Shown one piece after another: positions 29,909 to 35,722 of a DNA stretch of 35,722 nt. Positions within the stretch are counted from its first letter, which is position 1. Each line of letters starts with the position of its first letter. Below the pieces are notes generated by a model. The model made no database searches. It was not told the origin of the DNA and saw only the letters and a program-made list of their open reading frames with translations. The DNA lies in NCBI GenBank assembly GCA_963827235.1, contig CAWHAE010000003.1, forward strand, positions 1 through 35,722, read 5' to 3'. The position numbers were made by a program, and so were the translations under genes. Source of the stretch: an uncultured bacterium. GTDB lineage: Bacteria; Chloroflexota; UBA5177; JANWHV01.

Positions 29909-31042
29909 CTACATAACCATCTCCAGCGGCCATGGCGCGGTGCACGCCGACCACGTAATGGTGATCGGGGCATCTGGATCCGTCGGCAGTGTCTTGGGCT
30001 CATACTCGCCGATCATGCCTTCGGCACGCAGTCGATCGAGCGCCTTTGCCAGTGTGCGATTGCTGCCGCCCGTGCGCGTGTTCTGAATGCCGGCTATAGC
30101 GATCAGGCGCTCGCGCGCGATCACCAATGGCTTGCCGTGCAAGTCCATCTGACAGCGGGCCAGGTACTCACGCAGCACCGCCTGCGGCAAGGAGCGCGCG
30201 GTTGCAAGGGAACGCCCTCGATGGGACGGAACGCGGGGAATGAGTGTGTAATCAACACCCGGGCGACCCTCCCTGCTGCGCAGGCCGTCATACCACAGTT
30301 GATGAATGCGCACGCCGACGCGGTCTGGGAGGCCCTGCGCGAACACCTCGAGGATGTTCAGGTGCTGCGTCTCTTCACCGGCTTGATAGCCAACACTCTC
30401 CAGTAGCGGTGCAACCACGGCCTGCTGCTGGCGGCCGGCATTCTCGTGCCGGATGCCCACATGCGTGAGGTGCAGCGCCAGAAGGGTAGACGAGATCTGC
30501 CGGCGGTTCACAGAGTAGTGCCGGCCTTGTGCATCTCGGGCATACCCCATGCGGTCGAGCAGATCGTTGAGACTGACCGTGAACGCGGGGTTACGCCAGT
30601 TGGGCGGATCGTTCGCGATGGCATACAGGCACAGCATCAGCTCGCCCGCGAACGGGCCCAAAGCCGCTTTGGCGATCTCCACTGCAGCTTCACGCACGGA
30701 CTGTGGATCGTCCACGTCGGGAATGGGCACCACGACCATGGTACGTGCGCGATGCAATTCCCACCGCTCAGGGGCACTGCGACCCTGCTCGTCGAGCAAC
30801 GGTTGGTGGATGTCCGCTTGCGCCAGGAGGTAGCGATTGTCCACGCCGAACGCGCCATCGGTGCCTGCCTCCGCGGCAATTCGTCGTCGATAGACAAGCT
30901 CCGCCTTGCCCAGCCTGCCGCCGCTGACCTGGTCGACCTCGTGCACCGACCAATCAATGGGCATCGACGGCAACTGAATGTCGCACTCGGCGGGTCGCTC
31001 GGGCAGCCGTCGCGTAGGTTTGAACGTACGAGCGCCCGCCAT
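29909..31042 (-). CDS. Putative plasmid replication initiator (tandem winged-helix, Rep_3/TrfA-like)
   Basis: FTVSLNDLLDRMGY...NRRQISSTLLAL and LVIARERLIAIAGI...NRTLAKALDRLRAEGMI resemble the two winged-helix domains of iteron-binding Reps; lies just downstream of an iteron-like array. Family assignment is by eye. Confidence 0.55.
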   Translation of the reverse strand: MAGARTFKPTRRLPERPAECDIQLPSMPIDWSVHEVDQVSGGRLGKAELVYRRRIAAEAGTDGAFGVDNRYLLAQADIHQPLLDEQGRSAPERWELHRARTMVVVPIPDVDDPQSVREAAVEIAKAALGPFAGELMLCLYAIANDPPNWRNPAFTVSLNDLLDRMGYARDAQGRHYSVNRRQISSTLLALHLTHVGIRHENAGRQQQAVVAPLLESVGYQAGEETQHLNILEVFAQGLPDRVGVRIHQLWYDGLRSREGRPGVDYTLIPRVPSHRGRSLATARSLPQAVLREYLARCQMDLHGKPLVIARERLIAIAGIQNTRTGGSNRTLAKALDRLRAEGMIGEYEPKTLPTDPDAPITITWSACTAPWPLEMVM

Positions 31043-31154
31043 GGCACTTCCCTTCAGGCAGCGGTCCACCAGGCACGTGAGCCTGTATTGCACCGATTGA
31101 GGACTTCCTCCAAGCGTAGTATGTGCCGCCCAACCGCAGGCGATCAAGAGCTTT

Positions 31155-31320
31155 CCCGCGCCTTCACGCAAGTCGCATCCGCGCCTTCACGCGCCCGGTG
31201 CTCGCGCCTTCACGCATCTGGTGCCAGGAAGATCAAGCATACGGTGCTCGCGCCTTCACGCATCTGGTGCCTGCACCTTCACGCAACACGTGCTCGCTCG
31301 TTCACGCGCGGGGTGCCTGC
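31155..31320. repeat. Iteron-like array, 7 units at 23-bp period (candidate oriV)
   Basis: CCTTCACGC starts at 31161, 31184, 31207, 31253 and 31276; degenerate units at 31230 (AGATCAAGC) and 31299 (CGTTCACGC); consensus about GGTGCTCGCGCCTTCACGCATCT. Confidence 0.8.
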
Positions 31321-31447
31321 TGTTCGACCCCCCCCATAGCTGTCGTAGGACCATGGACTGGATGGAAGGACACTGTACTTGATGCCAAGGCTCCCTACGC
31401 GGCTATCCGACACGACGGCGGCTGTGCGCCGGAAAGTCTGAGCACGG

Positions 31448-31807
31448 CTAGGTCTGCGGCTGGCCACCGACCGCAATGATGATCGCGTTGACTGTTTCGT
31501 CCAGGATCGATGCTGGCACCGCTGTGCCAAGCGGCCCGTCGTGCAGAAAGTCGCGGTCGAGCGTTGCGATCTCTTCGCAGAAGAGTACGCTAGCGTGCAG
31601 CACACCACCCGTCCCCGCCTCCAGCGGCACGTGCGTCGGGCTTGCACGGCCAGTCGAGAAGATGGGCACCACAATGACGTCGTCAGACCGGCGGTTGCGC
31701 GTGTTTTCCGAGATCACGAGAGCTGGGCGCGGCTGATGCGGATCATTCGGCTGGCATGGCGTGTAGACGTACCACACGTCGCCGCGGCGAGGAAACGTTT
31801 CCGCCAT
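31448..31807 (-). CDS. mazF: PemK/MazF-family toxin
   Basis: MAETFPRRGDVWYV...PRPALVIS..RNRRSDDVIVVPI...SVLFCEEIATLDR..L; the true start is ATG 31807 within the longer tracked ORF. Confidence 0.85.
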   Translation of the reverse strand: MAETFPRRGDVWYVYTPCQPNDPHQPRPALVISENTRNRRSDDVIVVPIFSTGRASPTHVPLEAGTGGVLHASVLFCEEIATLDRDFLHDGPLGTAVPASILDETVNAIIIAVGGQPQT

Positions 31808-31808
31808 C

Positions 31809-31982
31809 TTAGCGGCGCGTCGCTGCGTACGTAGCAGCCGCGCGCCGAATGGCGCGCCATTCCAGCAGTTCTTGCTGCACGGTTGCGGACTCCGGCTCCT
31901 CGTACTGCCGCTCCAGCTCGGCTTGAACCTGCCGGCGCCGGAAGTCGCGCAGGGCCTCTTCCACCACGCGGCTGCGATTCGA
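31809..31982 (-). pseudogene. 5'-truncated RHH-type antitoxin
   Basis: Manual translation SNRSRVVEEALRDFRRRQVQAELERQYEEPESATVQQELLEWRAIRRAAATYAATRR*, with the stop 1 nt before the mazF ATG. Upstream DNA is an unrelated propeller fragment on the other strand. Confidence 0.65.
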
Positions 31983-32200
31983 GCCTTTGGGGAGTCTCCT
32001 GCAGCCAGATGCCGATTTGTCTCGCGGTAGGTGACGGTGGCACCATTCTCACCAGCACGGACGTGGGCGCAACCCGGAACATCAACTTCTCTGGCAACTG
32101 CCACCCGCTTTGGGGCCACGTCTGCCCAGACCTCCGCGCAGTAGCCTGCGTAACCGGCGGCACGTGTCTGAAGCTGGTCCGCCAAGCGGCTGGCCCTTGC
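31983..32200 (+). pseudogene. Another degenerate Cys-propeller repeat fragment
   Basis: LWGVSCSQMPICLAVGDGGTILTSTDVGAT...LRAVACVTGGTCL; same repeat type as 7500-9632. Confidence 0.65.
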
Positions 32201-32335
32201 CGAAGGCGGCCCGGTACATTTTCTGGCGAGAGCATGCGTGCCAACCTCCGCTAGGGTGTGAGGCGGGTAGCGCTGCGCCAACACTTCGACAGGCGCCGTG
32301 GATACCGCGAAGGTGAATGCCGTGGGAGGTACCGG

Positions 32336-33091
32336 ATGAGTCAAGGGTCTGAGCTCCGGCGCGGTGACAAGTCTGTTGGCCCCGGCAAGGCGCAGCCGCA
32401 CCGCTCCGATGCGACGCGGCCTGAAGCGAAATGCACAAATGTGCTCGGCGAGATTGACAGTATGCGAGCTGACCTGCTCAATGACGTGGACGCACGGTTC
32501 GCGCCTATGGTTCTCGAGCTGGAAACCGCTCTTCACACGTCGTCCGCAACCACGGCTCCGCTCGCGCGCCTATATCGGCAACAACTCGCGGCCCTCACGG
32601 AGGCGCAGAGGGACACGCGGCAACTGGTAGCCAAGCGCTTGGCCTTGACACGCCGAACATGCGAGGACCTCCAGAATCACGCGGGGTCAATCACGGCATC
32701 GCCGCGGGCATCAGTTGGCGGCGCGGCGGCTTCGGGTGGCCGCGCCGCATCCACGCAAAACAAGCTCGACCTCCACGGACTGGGAGCCGAAGAGGCGAAG
32801 AGGGTGGTCGACAGGTTCCTGCGTGAAGCCCATGACGGCAACGAGCTCCGCGTAATCGTCATCCACGGGCAGGGTAATCACAGCAAGGGCGGACCGGTTC
32901 TGCGCGCTGGTATTCGGGCCTATCTCTCACACCATCGGCTGGTCGAGCGGACGGAGACCGCTGGCCCCGCGGACGGCGGCGACGGCGCCACGATAGCATA
33001 CCTTCGTCGCGATATCCTGCCGGCCCGAGGTACTACTGCAACTCCATCACGAAGCTCGACGTTCCGCTCGCGCCGGACGTCGACGCCCTGA
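32336..33091 (+). CDS. Smr-domain protein with helical/coiled-coil N-terminus
   Basis: GGGAGGT RBS; KLDLHGL...VIVIHGQGNHS.GGPVLR..IR.YL...DGGDGATIAYL is the Smr signature. Confidence 0.85.
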   Translation: MSQGSELRRGDKSVGPGKAQPHRSDATRPEAKCTNVLGEIDSMRADLLNDVDARFAPMVLELETALHTSSATTAPLARLYRQQLAALTEAQRDTRQLVAKRLALTRRTCEDLQNHAGSITASPRASVGGAAASGGRAASTQNKLDLHGLGAEEAKRVVDRFLREAHDGNELRVIVIHGQGNHSKGGPVLRAGIRAYLSHHRLVERTETAGPADGGDGATIAYLRRDILPARGTTATPSRSSTFRSRRTSTP

Positions 33092-34535
33092 CGGCAGTGT
33101 GTGCAAGTGCGGGTGACGTGTCGGGCACTACGACTGTCTCATGCACCCCGGCATGGACGGAAGCATCACCATACTTCCCTGAAGAACACTGCCAATGTGA
33201 CGTCCGGCCTCGGCCACCGGGGACTGCCGCTCGGCGGGGGTCGGTGCCTCAGGCAACGAGCGTGCGATGACCGTCACGAGGCGAGCTCGGCGTTTCCAGT
33301 GGCTTCTGGCGGGACCCCGCTTGAGCCTTCGCCTGCCTGGGCGCCGGGGTGGGCCTCCTGAGCATTCGAGGCGCGGGCTCCTACTCTGGAGCAGCAGCTG
33401 CACGCTCGGCGCCCGTTGATTGGCGCCTGGTTTTGCACCGGCAAACCGTGCCCTTCTCAGGGACCATTGCCGGCAGTCGAGGCGACTGCCTCCACAGGGC
33501 ACATTGTGGTTCTGCTTCGCCGTGTCAGCAGGCTCGGCATGATTGATAGGCGTTCCACGCCGTGGTAATGGTTCTCGGCAGATATCGTGGCCGCCGGCAT
33601 GCCGTTACCCTACGTGTACGTCGGCTTCGACCACGGGGTCGCGGTAGTGACGGCGACTGCGCCCGTGATGATTGTAAGGCTTGCAGCGAGTGCAAGAGCG
33701 ACACGTGGTCTCACCAACCCATGCAACGTGGGTGTCGGGAAATTGGCTCCTGAACGCCAGAGTTCAGGGAGAAGAGGCGCGGCCAGCACGCCGAGTTCTG
33801 CGCGGACAGAGATCGTTGTCAGGGAACCGAGCGGTGTCCAGCCGGTGGCCAAAAGAGTTCGCCAATGACACTGAAGGCATTTGCCTGGCGGGCGATAGTG
33901 CTCGCCGCCCATTTCCGACAAAGGCGTGAGATGCGCAGGTCTGACTGCGACCAGGAGCACGGCCGTCGGACCGGCGTCGAATCGCGCTCCGTACGGAACC
34001 CGGGGATTACCGGAATGGCAGGTCGATGGCAACCCAGGTGACGCTCACAAGGCTTCAAGAGTGGACTAGAGCGGTCTGCTTCTGGTTTCGTCCGTTTGGC
34101 TGAGGGCACAGTCCGTTCCAAGACTGACATTGGAGGGGCTGGGGGCAGGCCTGGGCACTGCTGACATCGTGTTCGCGCATGTGCTCGCTCTGGAACATGT
34201 CTCATTCGGCGGCCTCACACGTCTTTGCGTGTTCTCCAGATACATGGTTGGCAAGCGCGCCACGCGGGATATGCGTGCGCGGTGTACGCCCCCTTCAATG
34301 CCAACTCGGGCGACGGTACCGCATAGCTCTGCCTTGCAGCGGCACAGCGTTGCGGGCGAATGCGACCCGAACTGGCTGTCGCTCATCGCGCCGGGCAAAC
34401 GAGCGGCTCCTCCGCTCTGAAGGGGCCCGGAAACACAATCTGCAGTGTGCGGTGCGACTCATCACAGAGTCTACGCGTTCGAGCCGTGCCGTTGGGGAAC
34501 CGGACCCGAAGACATCTTCTGGAGAGAGGTGGATA

Positions 34536-35722
34536 ATGGAGTGCTCGATCGTTCAAGTCAGATGGAGCACGCGATTGGCTTTGCGGCTGGTCGCGTGTTT
34601 GGTACTGCTAACGTTCTTACTGCTAGGCGTGCCGGCACAAGCTGCTGCTATTGCCACGGCGCCGGCGTCGATTTCAAGACTTCTGATCACCCCGTCGACC
34701 GTCGTGCCGGCGGGGCGCGTTCTCCTCACAGGCTCAGGTTTCTTTCCGGGTGAGCAAGTACTGTTGCGGCTGGACAACGTCCTTGTAGGAAACTGCTTCA
34801 CCAATGGGCACGGCACTTTCAGCACTGCACGCACCCTCAATACATCTCAGGGCACCCACACTGTGACGGTCGTTGGCAGCGTCAGCCACCGGGCGGCCTC
34901 CACAACGCTGCGGGTAGTTCAACCGGTTATCACGAGCACAGAGGTCGCTCCAAATACCGTTCATCGTGACGGCATCGTGCGTGTGAGTAGCACCAACTTC
35001 GTTCCCGGTGAGCTGGTCCTCATCCGCATCGGCAGCACACTCGTACAGGCAGCGACGGCAGACCACCGTGGGCGCATCGTTGATGTTGCTTGTACTGTGC
35101 CGAGCACGGCCGCCCACGGGGTAACCTACGTTACCAGCACTGGTTCGCGCAGCGAGCGTAGCTCGAGGGCTGCGTTGCGAATCACTCTGGTGCCATCAGC
35201 CAGCACGCAGCTCGCCCTTTCGTCGACGAGCCTTCATCGCGGAAGCACGGTCAGCGTCTCTGGTGGCGGCTTTCGGGCTGGGGAGATCGTGTTGATTCGC
35301 CTGGGCGGAGGACTCGTGCAAGCGGCAGTAGCCGATGCGCGCGGCAACTTTAGCAAGGCCAGATTCGGAGTGCCGGCGAATACCCCATATGGGAGGTTCC
35401 CGTCACGGCCACCGGCGCGCGTAGCGGGCGTCTGCGCTGGTGGAAGTGCGCATAACCATGGCGGTCAGCGCCGGGATCTCGGGCTCACCTACAGTGGTGG
35501 GGCGTCAGGGTATCGTCACGCTGTCTGGCTATGGCTTCCAGTCAGGCGAGATCGTGATTATCCGCCTCAACGGACAGGTGGTTCAGGCGGTCACCGCGGA
35601 TGGCCATGGGAGCTTTGTGCACACGAGCTTCCAGATTCCGGAGCGATTCCACAAGATCAAGGTGATGTTGCTGGCGAGCGGAGCGCGCAGCAGTCGTCAC
35701 GCCCAGATACGCATCGTGATCT
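34536..35722 (+). CDS. Secreted protein with about four Ig-like repeats (frameshift near 35400; runs off window)
   Basis: Manual translation: signal peptide (LALRLVACLVLLTFLLLGVPAQA), then repeats GSGFFPGEQVLLRL / STNFVPGELVLIRI / GGGFRAGEIVLIRL / GYGFQSGEIVIIRL, each followed by an A.A(D/N)..G-like segment. Not in the ORF track. Confidence 0.75.
   Translation, partial: MECSIVQVRWSTRLALRLVACLVLLTFLLLGVPAQAAAIATAPASISRLLITPSTVVPAGRVLLTGSGFFPGEQVLLRLDNVLVGNCFTNGHGTFSTARTLNTSQGTHTVTVVGSVSHRAASTTLRVVQPVITSTEVAPNTVHRDGIVRVSSTNFVPGELVLIRIGSTLVQAATADHRGRIVDVACTVPSTAAHGVTYVTSTGSRSERSSRAALRITLVPSASTQLALSSTSLHRGSTVSVSGGGFRAGEIVLIRLGGGLVQAAVADARGNFSKARFGVPANTPYGRFPSRPPARVAGVCAGGSAHNHGGQRRDLGLTYSGGASGYRHAVWLWLPVRRDRDYPPQRTGGSGGHRGWPWELCAHELPDSGAIPQDQGDVAGERSAQQSSRPDTHRD

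Noticed and set aside
31155-31320. CRISPR array
   Set aside because: The period is only 23 bp, there are no unique spacers and no cas genes; an iteron array fits better.
31808-32536. 362-aa MazF fusion as given in the ORF track
   Set aside because: The N-terminal extension is read-through of unrelated DNA; the toxin starts at ATG 31807 right after the antitoxin stop.
33100-34500. Coding genes in this interval
   Set aside because: Only short ORFs; one minus-strand signal-peptide-like stretch near 33610-33730 is followed by a stop. Nothing can be supported.
2356-35722. Programmed frameshifting or wholesale pseudogenisation to explain the frameshifts in the IS1182, collagen, ECF41 and Ig-repeat genes
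   Set aside because: No obvious slippery sites. Isolated 1-nt indels in otherwise intact genes are equally consistent with long-read errors; this needs read-level checking.

Overview
GC-rich bacterial DNA. The gene content suggests a soil Chloroflexota- or Actinomycetota-like host; this is inference only. 1-6.7 kb is an IS cluster: the 5' half of an IS110 with a structured non-coding end, an IS1182-family element whose inverted repeats also enclose an SMI1/KNR4 (SUKH) gene, and a truncated ISL3. 6.8-24.5 kb is accessory cargo: secreted Cys-rich beta-propeller, discoidin-like and collagen-like proteins, a methyltransferase, URO-D-family genes, a GNAT, an M19 dipeptidase, a cobalamin riboswitch upstream of an orphan NMT1/THI5-type binding protein, an ECF41 remnant and a Gfo/Idh/MocA oxidoreductase. 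The most notable part is 24.7-31.4 kb, which looks like a plasmid/chromid replication-partition cassette with all genes on the minus strand. In transcription order it holds a 23-bp iteron array, a winged-helix Rep-like gene, a parS-like palindrome, a MerR-like regulator, a counter-transcribed structured ~160-nt RNA with its own promoter and terminator, a second HTH initiator-like gene with internal 21-bp repeats, an RHH gene, parA, and parB containing a second copy of the palindrome. To the right lie a MazF toxin whose antitoxin has lost its 5' end, an Smr-domain protein and an Ig-like-repeat surface protein. Several single-base frameshifts may be sequencing errors. All family assignments come from recognising motifs by eye; no searches were run.
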